A DNA stretch of 63,957 nucleotides, filler included, from Octopus bimaculoides (Eukaryota), in NCBI RefSeq assembly GCF_001194135.2. It is 6 parts of 6 records of this genome, joined end to end, with 100 filler letters (N's around TTAATTAATTAA, not from the genome) between each part and the next. Parts side by side here need not be neighbours in the genome. Positions count along the whole stretch, not along the records: positions 47,114 to 59,900 come from NC_068987.1; positions 60,001 to 61,731 come from NC_068992.1; positions 61,832 to 63,957 come from NW_026423835.1; 3 more parts are not named here. One strand, 5' to 3'. The notes beneath the pieces were generated by a model that did not search any database, was not told the DNA's origin, and worked only from the letters and a program-made list of their open reading frames with translations. This document shows, one piece after another, positions 51,073-63,957 of this stretch. A program made the translations under genes and the position numbers. Numbering within the stretch: the first letter of the stretch is position 1; each line of letters opens with the position of its first letter.

Positions 51073-51451
51073 CGGTACTCTATCGGTTACGACGACGAGG
51101 TTTCCAGTTAATCTGATCCAGGAACAGCATGCTCGTGAAATTAACGTGCAAGTGGCTGAGCACTCCACTGACACGTGGACGCTTATCTTAGTTTTCGGGG
51201 AGATTCAGCGTGACACAGAGTAGACAAAGCTAACCGTTTGAAATGCAGGTACAACAGAAACATGAAAAAAGAGCGAGACAAATTTGTAGTGAAAGAGTAC
51301 AGCAATGTTTGCTATCATCCACTGCTGGAGTCTTGTGGAGCTTTAGGTTCTTTCATTCAATAAGCAGACGGAACGCCCGTTCTTGGAATCGAAACCGTGA
51401 TCATACGACCGTGAGTCCGCTGCCCTAACCACTGAGCCATTGCGCCTCCAC
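51073..51451 (-). mobile_element. Family B SINE
   Basis: Reverse complement of 22160-22550. Confidence 0.85.
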
Positions 51452-54214
51452 GGATATACATATAGCTGAAATTTATAGAGAAATAGACAAAATACACAGA
51501 CAGGTGTATGAACCACAAGTGCAAGTGTATTAGTTTGACGCTGGGAGAAAATGAAAAAGTATCTATATGTTTGGATCTCTTTTAAAATTATTTTGGGAAA
51601 ACTATACGATGACTATAACTTGCGTTGTATTTCCCCAAAATATATTCATTATATATTACGTACAAACGATGAAAAGGTAAATGTAGATATAACATAAAGT
51701 TTTAGGCATTTGATAAAGGGGAATAAATGAAGAAAGACGCCAATAATTAATGAAAGGTAGTGACTAACTCACTACGAAAGATTTGTGAGAAAATGAAATG
51801 TAATTTAAAATTCATGATGTTTTAATGCGAAATTAGTTAGTCAAGGCAACATTTCCATCAATGTGTGCTTCGAATGACAATGCCTGTGGACATGTGTATA
51901 TGCAAATGAACAAAATTGTCGGGGGAGTTTTGCATATGCGCTGACAAAAGACAAAGCAGCCTGGAAAACGCATGGAAGACGTCACTTGAAATTGGAGGTT
52001 GTGTTAGCACACATAATACTTCGATCGTTGCCATGAGAGAACTTCCCACCGAGACTATTAGATCACGTGATTTCTGCTTGTCAGTATTTATATGGATACT
52101 ATTTACATAAGGAGAAACTTTAAGAACAGGTTATTCAAACTAACGGTACACGGTAAAACGCATACATTGATACTACGCTTCCTCGTTTGTTGTTGGCTGC
52201 TCGTTATAACTATTCCGCCACATTAGGTAACTGGAACGTTCGCTTCAAAATAAATATTACCTGGAATTACTGAGTTGAATAAAAGGTTTGGGACAACTAT
52301 GCCTGGGCCATAATATTTGTGGTATGATAAATGATATAATAAATACGCATATACAAAAATATATGGAAGATTTCACAAAGAAACAAGTTCAATATGACGA
52401 CAACTGCACTGGAAGGAAGCAACAATTAATGTCCCATAGAATTTAGAAAAACCAAATGGGACAAACGGTTAATGGTTATTATAGCGAAGGTTTTTTTGTT
52501 TTTTTTTACATTGAAGCGAAAGACAATAATAACAAATGTGAGAGAAAAATATGAGACGAAAACCTTGTGTTAAGAGGTATGAGGAATAAGATTTAAATGA
52601 CAAATACTTGTGCTCATGGACCGAATCCAACATAATTAAATAGGTAACATATATTAAAGATGTTGATACTTGATTCATTATACTTTGTAAGATGCGAGAT
52701 ATATTCCCCAATAATAATTTAAATAGAGGTACACGTACATTTAGTTAAGTACTTATAAATCATACTAACAAAGATTAAGTTTTCTCTTTTCCTCTTAATT
52801 ACTTCGGTTCTTAATCTATTACTTAGTTACTAATTTATCATCACCACTTTGCACTCACTCCATATTTTTATATAATATTCTGCTTCTCAAAATGACTCCT
52901 CATTTATTTAACGAAAAGTCTAGATATCCTAGTAACTCACAAATCTTATTTTGCGATGTGGTCTAAAGTAGAATAAGACTACTATAAAATTGCTGTGAAC
53001 GAGAAGTCCTTTCTTATCATTAATTTTGTAAAAATTCAAAGTATTCTAACGAACCATTGAGACATGTCATTGAGCTAATATTTTTCATTACCGTGTTAAC
53101 CAAAACACCGTCGCCGAGAGTACAAAGAACGTTTAATGCCCAGTAAATTTCGTCATTATATGTTACTAAATACTAATTTGAAAAAGCTCAAATGGGAAGG
53201 CGTCTTTTAAAATGGAACCAAAAATCACTTGGTAACTATTTTTGTAGGAGTCATAACTGTATGTAACAAATGAGAACGACCAGAGTCAGTTTTATGAAAA
53301 CACATTGAAAAAGTAATCACGAAGCATATATATTTAAATAAACATCCTTAAGATGTATAACTCATTTTGATATTTGTAAATTTTTCTCTCTCTCTATCAT
53401 GTTGTTTACATTTATTACGCTATAAGTCGTTATGCAAAATTAGCGAGCCCTTGTTTTAACTGCCACTTAAAAATAATTGTTAGTTTCAATATTTCTTGTG
53501 TGAAGAGAGATTTTGAGTGAGATAAAGTAATTTTGTTATTTTTTATCTACATGTTACATGAAACTGTTGTGTGCGAAGTTCGGAAAATTGTTAATTTTGT
53601 TTCATTCCTCAAGCATAAATATATTGTCATTTTACATCATGTTTGTGATGCGTAATTTCACACAACTGGAAATTGTTACAAAAACATTATAAAAATACAT
53701 GTCATTATGCTTAAAGCAATATTGAAAGAACACTATGTATTTGCTTATGTCTTGGTTTATAAGTTAAAATACTTTTCGTTTAACTGAATGATGTAAAACA
53801 CTTGGCATTAAATGTAAGTTAAAATGTCATTGAATTTAACTCTATTTTATTCGTTTATTAGCAAGTTATAATTTAATTTTCTCCAAATTATATGTTCGTT
53901 CATGAAAAGCATTATTGCTCCCAGGGATGGTGATATAGCATTTCTCTTAGCTAATTACTTCTTTTTCTACGTGGTTTTTAGTTATCTTCTCCTAATACAA
54001 TAAAAAGTAAACAAATTGCCTCATTACTAAGTGACGGCGGAAAGTTATTTTCTTGAGAAATATTATACAGTGAGTTACTGTATGTATACCGTTAATCTAT
54101 GTTCAAATATTAATGGAGTCAACTTTGCAAACATTTCTGCCTCCTCGTCTCAATAATATTTATGATAATAATAATAACAATAACAATAATAATAATAGTA
54201 ATAATAATAATAAC

Positions 54215-54996
54215 AGAGTATCTCAACAGGCATGATAGAGCTGCACAATATATTCACTGGTTAATATGCAAAAACCTGGATTTGCCCCATGATAAAAACT
54301 GGTGGGAACACAAACCACCCCCAGTACTTGAAAATGATCACATTGCACTCCTCTGGAACTTCACCATTCAAACTGACAGAAAGATAGACGCAAATAGGCC
54401 AGACATCATACTGAACGACTTCAGACAAAAATCATGCCTCCTCATTGATATGACTGTCCCAATCGATATAAACGCATCTGTCTAGACCTACCAAAAACTG
54501 AGCAAATATAAAGATCTTGAAATAGAAATTAGCAAAATGTGGAATCTGAAGACGAAAACAATACCTATTNNNNNNNNNNNNNNNNNNNNNNNNNNNNNNN
54601 NNNNNNNNNNNNNNNNNNNNNNNNNNNNNNNNNNNNNNNNNNNNNNNNNNNNNNNNNNNNNNNNNNNNNNNNNNNNNNNNNNNNNNNNNNNNNNNNNNNN
54701 NNNNNNNNNNNNNNNNNNNNNNNNNNNNNNNNNNNNNNNNNNNNNNNNNNNNNNNNNNNNNNNNNNNNNNNNNNNNNNNNNNNNNNNNNNNNNNNNNNNN
54801 NNNNNNNNNNNNNNNNNNNNNNNNNNNNNNNNNNNNNNNNNNNNNNNNNNNNNNNNNNNNNNNNNNNNNNNNNNNNNNNNNNNNNNNNNNNNNNNNNNNN
54901 NNNNNNNNNCATGAACTTCTAACTTGTTGTCTCTTGAGGTCTCTGGGTGAGACTTGGATCCAACTTGTACAAATGCAAAACAAAAGTCAAACATAA

Positions 54997-54997
<1 letters not shown>
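54215..54997 (+). mobile_element. 5'-truncated R4/Dong-like LINE: RLE domain and 3' end, between (AAT)n tracts
   Basis: YLNRHDRAAQYIHW...LLWNFTIQTDRKIDANRPDIIL...LIDMTVP (PD..D endonuclease motif). Confidence 0.9.
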
Positions 54998-55093
<96 letters not shown>

Positions 55094-55304
55094 TATAAAG
55101 AATTGTGTTAACTCCTCCTGAAGATATAGAGTCAAAATTAAAAGAAGAGTCACTCTATATCTTCAGGAGGACTTACCTCAATACTTTATCTATTAACCAA
55201 AATGAAGTAGATAGACAAATTCATTTTTTGAACCAGTTGCAGACACACAAGATGTCGAAATATCGTTCACTAGCTAACAATAGCACTCTTCTTTTAATTT
55301 TGAT

Positions 55305-55371
<67 letters not shown>

Positions 55372-55372
<1 letters not shown>

Positions 55373-56690
55373 GCTGGTCAACAAAATTCGAAATTTTGGC
55401 TGTCGCATGAACTAAAGAGAGTGAAATTTATAGTACTTTTAATGCAGATTTCGAATCTGTTTTTAGAATTTTTTTTATCAGGTAGGACTTTATGTGACAG
55501 AGTAATAAAAGTTTACAATAAGTTTTCTATATTAATGCAAAAATAAGGCTGACAATCAAAGTTGGTCAATAGAATTAATGAAAAATTCTTTCACACAAAT
55601 AAATGTAGGTGAATTTAATAGCGTCTTACCTGCAGAATTCATGTTTGTTTCCTAGTCTGTGATAACATATAGAAATTGCTAAACAATTGAATTTCATTAA
55701 TTCAAAAATAAGGCTGATATTACAAGGGAACTTACCGTTAAGACGTAGAAGCGTATGATTTTCGACTGTACGTAGAGTCTAGAACTCCCTATTTAGTGAC
55801 CAACAATAATCAGCAAACATAAAAAAAAGCTCCACTTACCGCGGCACCGGTTTTCCAGGTTCAGAATGTCATGATGTAACTTCTCACCGCATTTGTCACT
55901 CACAACCACAATATTTACAGGGAAAAGGCCAAGTGAATGTTCAAGAAATGGAGTTTTAGGCTTATATTACATCCCAAGACCTTGTATGATGTCCGTTGCT
56001 CTTTCACAATGTCAGAGCTTCATGCTCTCATGTTTTCTTCGTGTTAGCGGCATGGGCGAGAGGAACAGAAGGAAACTTACTTCCATCGTGGAGTAAAACT
56101 GCTTTCAAGCTTACTTTTGAAACAAACGCCACTCATTCGTGTTATATTTGTGGTTAAGTTCCTCCATAACAGAATAAACATCATTACAAAACACCACACC
56201 ATCCTCAAGTAAGAACACATTTGCAAAATCACAATACCGAGCATGATAAAAACTAACTTTGGTCTCTTTGGGGAGAGTTTTAAATCCCACACAAGATCAT
56301 TCAATTCTCCCTGTCTCAACAAATGCAGAAGTGGCAATCTGAGGTGTAATCATACGGGTGACAAAATGTACATGGTGTGAACCGTTGGCCTATGCAGTGA
56401 GAAACATGAGAAGTTACTCAACACACATGAAAGGTTACTCAACACACATGAGAGGCCCAACTTTTATCCTGGTTTCCAACTTTGCAATCAAAATAATGCC
56501 CTATAGCACTTGTTAATCAATGGCAAGAAACACCATCTGTGACTTGAATGTTACGTCATCACAAATATAGCAAAAGGTGTTAGCGATGTTTTTACACTTT
56601 CTTGGCAGTATGAAGTTGAATGAAATGCGTGAAAGTAGTACAGAATCGCACGTCTACATTTCAAGTACAGTACTACAAGTACTGATAAAG
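55372..56690 (-). mobile_element. Internally deleted DNA transposon, probably CMC/Chapaev3-like
   Basis: PRKCKNIANTFCYICD, YFDCKVGNQDKSWASHVC, LLRQGELNDLVWDLKLS, SLKLHFL, VSDKCGEKLHHDILNLENRCRGKW; TIR-like CGCTGGTCAACAAAATT at 55372; superfamily name from recall. Confidence 0.7.
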
Positions 56691-56775
56691 CATAATAATA
56701 ATAATGATGATGATGATGATGATGGTGATGATGATGCTGATGCTGATGCTGCTGATGATGATGATGATGATGATG

Positions 56776-56861
<86 letters not shown>

Positions 56862-56899
56862 AAGAAAAAGAAGGAGAAGNNNNNNNNNNATAATAATAA

Positions 56900-56930
<31 letters not shown>

Positions 56931-56971
56931 AAGAAAAAGAAGGAGAAGAAGAAGAAGGAGAAGGAGAAGGA

Positions 56972-57002
<31 letters not shown>

Positions 57003-57050
57003 AAGAAGAAGAAGAAGAAGAAGAACAACAACAACAACAACAACAAAAAG
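56690..57050. repeat. Compound trinucleotide microsatellite (GAT)(AAT)(AAG)(AAC)
   Basis: Directly visible. Confidence 0.95.
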
Positions 57051-57885
57051 GCCATGAAGAAGAAATACGCAAGAAGGGACTACACAATCAATTCCATGTA
57101 GCCATAACAGAAGTTCCTGGAATAAATAAGTGGGATTGGCTGATGAAAGGAACCCTAAAAAAAAGAGACCGTGTGTACTATACTGGCAGCGCAAGACGAA
57201 GATTTGGGCACGAAATGGATAGTCAACCTGAGGAATGAGCAAGCGTCGCCGCTTTGCCGCATCTGCAACAGAATGGATGAAACTCTTGCCCATATCCCGA
57301 ACGAATGCCCTAGACTCGCCCAAGACCACTACAAGTTGTGGTGACACGACCAGATAGCGAAAGTGCTAGACTGGAAACTGTGCGAAATGTGGGGGCTGGA
57401 GATAGGTGACAAAAGACGTGGTATGAGCACAAATCAAAGTGACGGAATCGGAGACTAGCAAAGTCCGGTGGGATTTCCCAATCGAAACAGATCAGGTACG
57501 AGAACGTAACAGACCGGATCTAGTGGTGGTGGACAAAATGCACCACATATGCTATATAGTTGATGTTGCATGCCCAATTGACCCACGGGTAGTCAAGATG
57601 GAAGGCGAAAAGATAGATATGTACAAATATCTTAAGTATGAAATAGCCCGGCCCTGGCGAATGAAGAAGGTGAAGATAGGGCAAATTATTGTTGGGTCCT
57701 TGGGGACAGTATCAGAAGGCATCAAGAGGAATATAAAGGGAATTGGAATAGAGTGCCCAGTAGACGTTTTACAAATGGTTAGCTTCCTTGGCACGGCCAG
57801 AATAATCAGGAAAGTATTCTCAGGCTGAGTGAAAAGTAAGCAACGTTGTGGACAGCAAACACTTTCCATCATACCCAGCAAAATA
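57050..57885 (+). mobile_element. R4/Dong-like LINE 3' part: CCHC zinc finger, RLE domain, 3'UTR
   Basis: PLCRICNRMDETLAHIPNECP; VRWDFPIETDQVRERNRPDLVVVDK...IVDVACP...KIDMY; ends GTARIIRKV. Confidence 0.9.
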
Positions 57886-57959
57886 AGTTATTTCTTTTTT
57901 TTATATAATAATAACATTAATAATAATGGTACCAAATTTTGACACATGGTCAGCAAGTT

Positions 57960-58147
57960 AAAGAAAATTTTGGGGTGAGTCGATTACATTGACCCCAATT
58001 TTCAACTAGTACTTACTTCATTGGCTCCAACGTGTTGGAAATGCTAGGTCGACCCCTGTGGAATTTGAACTTAGATCATAAAGACGGACAAAATGCTGCT
58101 AAGCATTTTGCCCAGCGTGGTAGCCATTCTGCCGGGTCACTGCCTTG
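57960..58147 (-). mobile_element. Family C SINE
   Basis: GATTACATTGACCCC...GGTCGACCCCTGTGGAATTTGAACTTAG...CATTCTGCC. Confidence 0.7.
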
Positions 58148-59866
58148 ATTGGACTGTGGATATAATCGCTTTGCTAGGGAGTGTTTTTTCTTATTCAAGT
58201 TCATATTCATTCTTTATATCAGGTTCGTACCTTATATTGAGTCTTCTGAATCTAGTTTTAGCATCACTACGGCTTTGCTCACCGCATTTTCTGGAAATTT
58301 TGTTTTGTCTATGAGATATTTTGTGGCAAGAGTTGAGTGAATGATTTATTCTAGCCTCAGTTGTTTAGGATGATTTAACTGATTTTATCAGTCCCTAGCA
58401 ATGATGAGTTTTACATTTTTCTGTAGCTGTTTCAATGGTTGGTAGCAATGGATATAGAAAGGAATCAAACACAAAGAAAGATAAACAAGCATGCGTGTAA
58501 TTTTTGTCTTCGTGTAACCATAATATTCTGGTGATATGATGTGTTAACTGACTTTATTTGCATTTAATTTTCAACATTCAATTGTATCGTATAATGTGTA
58601 GCGTTCGTTTTAATGCAAACATTTTAATATAATTTATTCCACACTGAAATTATTACACGAAGAAGTCTAACGAAATGGCCGAAATCCAAAGAATGTCACG
58701 TGGTTAAATGAACATATTTACCGCAAAAGTGATTAATAAATCCAAGCAGCAAACTCTAAATCACTGTGTCAACCAAACTTAGTTAACCCTATCAAAATAT
58801 CAGATAGCAATAAATTCAAATAAACTTAACGTAAATTTACTATCTTGTCTATGATAAGTATATCCAAATATCGCATAGAAAATTTCAAGAAATCGGTAGC
58901 ATATGACACCATGAAATAGAATGGAGACAATCATATCTGTAATAGATTATGGTACCATACCTTACCGACGATCGTTTCTATTGAGCTAACATATTTAAGT
59001 ATAGAATAAAAAGTACAAAATATCAGTAAAGCTAATATATCCGAAACTTTATATTAACCCAATGTTACCAAAGTAATCCGAAACAGGTTAAATTCACATT
59101 GAACTCAAATGACTTTTACATGAACACATGTAAAAACAACGTTTAGAAGAAATTTATTAGCATAAATTTTCGGACATATTGGTGTGACTGATATTTTGTA
59201 CTGCTTTTCTAAATCTAAATATGCCGGCGTAGACGAATGAATGAAGTATTTATCATGGTAATAACAGGAATAGAAAAGAATGCTTTGAGAAAGAATTCGC
59301 TGAAAAATTATGACCATTTACACTTTCAACATAGTGGCTAAGAAGTTGACGCCTTGTGCTGGGTTTTAGATTCATTGATTTTAAGAGGTGAAGCTTTGTG
59401 GGCATAGTAAACTAATGTATTATTGATGTTGATTGACTTCATAAGCGTTGCTAGCAATTCTGAATGGAGTTTCGTGCAAGGATTTGTTCCTGAAATTTCA
59501 CATCAGATTTCAAATACGTCAGATATGTCAGCCAAGACGGATTTGCAACAGCACAGCAACAAACGTAATTAGCCTTGCTTCAACTGGTTACTTAGGTGAT
59601 GTATGTAAGTATGTATGTATGTATGTATGTATGTATGTATGTATGTTTCTGTATGTATGCATGTATGCACGTATAGATTTATACTTGTATATATATATAT
59701 ATATATAAATACCGAAGAAAAAATATTCAATAATGGAATACAGTAGTATTGTTTCGCAATAAAACAAGGCACCATCATGTTACAGTATAAATGTAGGATA
59801 ATTGTACAGCGTACCAATATTTACTTGAAATAGCAGACGATATTATATGACGCTATAGTAAAGCTT

Positions 59867-59900
<34 letters not shown>

Positions 59901-60000
59901 NNNNNNNNNNNNNNNNNNNNNNNNNNNNNNNNNNNNNNNNNNNNTTAATTAATTAANNNNNNNNNNNNNNNNNNNNNNNNNNNNNNNNNNNNNNNNNNNN

Positions 60001-60036
<36 letters not shown>

Positions 60037-60124
60037 ATGCTTGTGTGTGTATATATGTGCTGTATATATATGTATCTATACATACAGACACACACACACA
60101 CGTATATGTGTGTGTATATATATA

Positions 60125-60560
60125 TACAGGGTGCAATGGGTGAATTGTTGCCATTTTATATCTTTAATTTCATGCATGTGCATTGTTTGTTTTTTATTTT
60201 GTCGACTACACAGTATAGTAGAGTCAGTTGAGCACTGTATGTGAGGAAAACAGCACCATGATGCAATTCACTCTATCAGAAACTTAGAAACAATATGCTG
60301 TATACTGCTTGGCATTTGCACTGGAAGCTCCAATACGAACATTTCAGAGTGTTTGGTGTCAATCTAAATCCCTAAAATATGTACCGAAAGTGATGAAAAT
60401 CAAACATCCAGTCAACATCATGGTATTTAGAGTGATCACTAGTGATGGTGACATTATGACTCCATTCATCTTCCCACCAGCCTCAGACTCATCAAGTGCC
60501 TGCAGGAGGTAGTGCTGCCCTGGGTCAAGAGGCTGGCTGCTAGTAAACCCTATATTTTGT
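60125..60560 (+). mobile_element. Tc1/mariner-superfamily remnant
   Basis: TACAGGG-type TIR start; KIKHPVNIMVFRVITSDGDIMTPFIFP matches the TKHPxxVMV.G...SDG..MPP segment. Confidence 0.75.
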
Positions 60561-60700
60561 ATGCTGGTTTGAATGCTCCTTTATTTAGTGGATGAACCAC
60601 TATGTCATAACCCTAGCTTCAACTAGTGGTGTGCTGTCGAGCTCCTAAGCATTAGTACAGGCAAATAACAAATACACACACACACACACACACATATATG

Positions 60701-60736
<36 letters not shown>

Positions 60737-60951
60737 TACACATATATATGTATATGCACATACGTACGCACGCAGTTATATGAAGGAGTTCTGTAGAATT
60801 CCAGATTTCATGGCCAACACTAAACAGTAGTCGAGAAACCTGCCCAAGATGCTTTGCAATGGAAGCAAGCACTAAGTTACTTTGCTGAAGAATATTCAGC
60901 TTTAACACACAGCTATGCTTCTCCTTTTCTCTCTCTCTCTCTCTCTCAATA

Positions 60952-60996
<45 letters not shown>

Positions 60997-61029
60997 CTAC
61001 ATATGTGTGTGCGTGTGTGTGTATGCATG

Positions 61030-61086
<57 letters not shown>

Positions 61087-61175
61087 ATGGATATTTAGTC
61101 CACATATACACCGGCAGTTACATTTATATTGATATGGACAAACACACACACATATACACACACACAATATTTTTG

Positions 61176-61219
<44 letters not shown>

Positions 61220-61681
61220 TGCAAGTTCTTTTTTAATACTATCATCAAATTGTTGTAAGTGTTCATTAAAAATAAATTTACTCTGTTTATTAAATTTTCA
61301 TGAAAATATGAAAATTCTTAAAGATGGTTGGAAGGGAAACAATATGGAACAGATTTAAAGGACAATAACTACACAAAAGAATAAACCTAATTCGTTACCA
61401 TGGTTATGTACTGGTTGCAGGAGTAATGGTAGGGAGAGAGAGAGAGGCAGAGAGGGAGATGAGAGAGAGAGAGAATATAAGAGAAGGGTAAAGAAAAGAG
61501 GGAGAGTGAAGGAGAGGAGAGAGAGAGAGGAGTGTGGTTAAATGTGAGAAAAGCATGGAAAAGAAAATGTAATTGTTATCACTGAGAATTATAATCTTAT
61601 AGAGTATGTCAGGTATAGGAGAAATGTATGTGCAACAAGATAGATATATATACATGTGTGTGTGTGTGTGTGTGTATATGC

Positions 61682-61731
<50 letters not shown>

Positions 61732-61831
61732 NNNNNNNNNNNNNNNNNNNNNNNNNNNNNNNNNNNNNNNNNNNNTTAATTAATTAANNNNNNNNNNNNN
61801 NNNNNNNNNNNNNNNNNNNNNNNNNNNNNNN

Positions 61832-62906
61832 GTTTTCTGAGAAAGCTTGAGATTTCAGTGAAATATTTCGTAAAACACTCTTCACCTCTAACAGTTAATG
61901 CATATTAATCTATTACTTCTGAATGAAACAAATGTGTGTCAGAGAAATGTAAAGTCATGAATGAGTAAACAGTATATGGGCAAACAATATTTCAATAAAC
62001 GATATATGGGCAGAGAATAATTTTTCAATTCAAAATTTTCAACTTTATGCTGATTTGCAACATTTTGTGACTTTACATTTTCTGTTAATGTATATTAAAC
62101 TTTCACTTCAGAATCCGAGAAGTGTGTATCATGAAAAGCAAAGTGATAAATGTGGAAATATCAACTGTGGAGAAAAGTATTTCTGATTTCAAAATTTTCA
62201 AACATTTTCTTGTTGCTTAACAATATTTTTCAACTTCGTTTTCAGAGGAAACTACAGACTCCAGTGAATTGTTTGGTAAATACAATCTTCATATCTATCA
62301 TTTGATATATATTAAACTTTTACTTCTCAATCCAACAAGTGTGTATGAACAAAATAAGTGTGCATATGACAATTGTTTGTCAGAAAAATTAAGTCATATA
62401 TGTGTAAGTTGTAAATTCGAAAGCATTTCAAAATTTTCAAACGATTAGATGCTAATTTCAATCATTTTGTAACTTAATGTTTTCTGAGAAAGCTTGAGAG
62501 TTCAGTGAAATGTTTTGAAAATATATCACATCTATAAGTTAATGTATATTAAACCTGTACTTTTCTATCCGACAAATGTGTATCAAAATGAACAAATTCA
62601 TAAATGTGGAAATAGTAAATGCAAAAGCAAGAAATTTTTATTTCAAAACTTTCAAATAATTTCATGCTGGTTTCCATCATTTTGTGACTTCATGTTTTCT
62701 GAGAAAGCTTGGCATTACAGTCAAATGTTTGGTAAATACAATCTTTATCTACAGTATATTAAACCATTGCCTCTGAAAGAAATATAACGTCTAGAATGAG
62801 TAAACAGTATATGGGAAAAGAAGAATTTTTCATTTCAAAATCTTCAAAAATTTCATACCGATTTCCAACATTTTGTGATTACATGTTTTCTGAAAAATCT
62901 TGAAGT
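61832..62906. repeat. Diverged tandem array with roughly 190-240 bp units
   Basis: GTTTTCTGAGAAAGCTTG-like anchors at ~61832, 62479, 62695 and 62885; GAATGAGTAAACAGTATATGGG at ~61960 and ~62795. Confidence 0.75.
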
Positions 62907-63957
62907 TTACTGGTTGTTCTATGGACGCCCCCAGACGAGAAGTAGGCTAGTCCAATTCATGGTGGACGTTATAGTTGGTCGTAGAAGAGTTGTGTAGAGA
63001 ATTTTTGAGTTGTTGATTTAGTCTGGCGATAACGTTGTTGCTGAGCGCGGTGAGTTATTGTATCTTGAATTTTTGGAACTGTTACATTGTTGGAATTTTG
63101 TTAATTATCGTTGAATTTGTTTCTTTCTTCCCCAATTTTGGGTGAAGATATGGAAGCTAGCGGTTACGTTGCAGTAGCAGGCAAAAGCCTGTCAACTGAC
63201 ATGCTGCAACTGAAAGAAGTGAATTTAGAAGACAAAAAGTTTAATGGACTGTTTGAAAAGGAGAGGGAGTGCCACCTGTCGAATTTTTACAAGAAGCCGA
63301 GAAGAAAATTACTGTATATCGCACATTGAACGTTGAAACCAAACGTATGGAAGTAGCAGAAATTGAAGACATAGAAATTGAAGTATGCGGTAAGTCAAAG
63401 AAGTGGCCACTTTCTACACCAGAGGAAAGAAATACAGCACAGTGGAGGTGCATTTTGTGACCAAAGAAAAAAACAGGTACTTCACTGTGGCTTTAAGAAA
63501 GGCCAAGTGGGCACTCTTGCCAATTTACTGCGGAAAACGAGCCGCAAGAGTCAGGATAGAGAGAGTGCCCCCGGAAATATACGACACGTGGCTAGTGGCA
63601 GCCATCGTCGATAACTGTGAAAAGGAAGCAGAAGTAATTAAGGTGGAGAAGTCTAATGAGATAAATTGGACTAGAAATTATGGACTAGAAGTGCTAGTCC
63701 ATATAAAGCTACCAGATTTGCATAAAATGGTAGAAGAACTGGTGCTCCCCGATGAGACTTGATTTAGAATTGTGGTGGATGGGAGACCTCCTACATGTTA
63801 TAATGGTAGAAGTAGGGGACACATGTAGGCGAAGTGTCCCCATAAACAGGAGGAATTGGGGAAAAATCAGGCAGAGATGGTAATGGCAGTGGTGGAGATA
63901 GAAGAAACAGCGGCAAACAAGAAAAGGACAAGTGCGGAGTCACCGCCAAACCCATCC
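62907..63957 (+). mobile_element. 5' end and disrupted ORF1 of a non-LTR retrotransposon (L1/Tx1-like or related), running off the window
   Basis: WALLPIYCGKRAARVRIERVPPEI...RIVVDGRPPTCYNGRSRGHM*AKCP (decayed CCHC knuckle); GC content rises abruptly at ~62907. Confidence 0.75.

Noticed and set aside
55620-55845. Three minus-strand GTAAG donor-like motifs
   Set aside because: Inside the Chapaev3-like element; the one at ~55835 is the RGKW coding sequence.
56810-56960. Near-identical (AAT)(AAG) blocks on both sides of a 10-N gap
   Set aside because: Probably overlapping contig ends duplicated by the assembler.

Overview
AT-rich, repeat-dominated eukaryotic DNA with dense microsatellites and many assembly gaps. 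The SINE families and microsatellite load point to a coleoid cephalopod, most likely Octopus (inference, not a database result). No complete protein-coding gene is visible, and nearly all long ORFs in the track are microsatellite or N-gap artefacts. Supportable content: (1) many copies of four recurring SINE-like families, labelled A-D here; (2) decayed transposons: R4/Dong-like RLE LINEs that almost all abut (AAT)n, three mariner remnants, a Tc1-like piece, a Chapaev3-like piece, a Ty3/Gypsy gag-protease piece, a zinc-knuckle LINE ORF1, and hAT, piggyBac-like and mariner MITEs; (3) a 47-bp minisatellite and a diverged ~200-bp tandem array; (4) a few candidate host exons, the best a signal-peptide-like first coding exon on the minus strand at 41959-42088. 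Most worth checking: a head-to-head inverted tRNA-like dimer followed by a Penelope-type minimal hammerhead motif (40407-40732), a 7SL-like sequence running into a tRNA-SINE (45295-45908), tandem degenerate hammerhead cores (30325-30480), a recursive-splice-like AG|GTAAGT site (2605/2606), and a CpG-depletion boundary near 39-41 kb. All family names are from recalled motifs and need Dfam/Rfam/BLAST confirmation. Boundaries of decayed elements are approximate.
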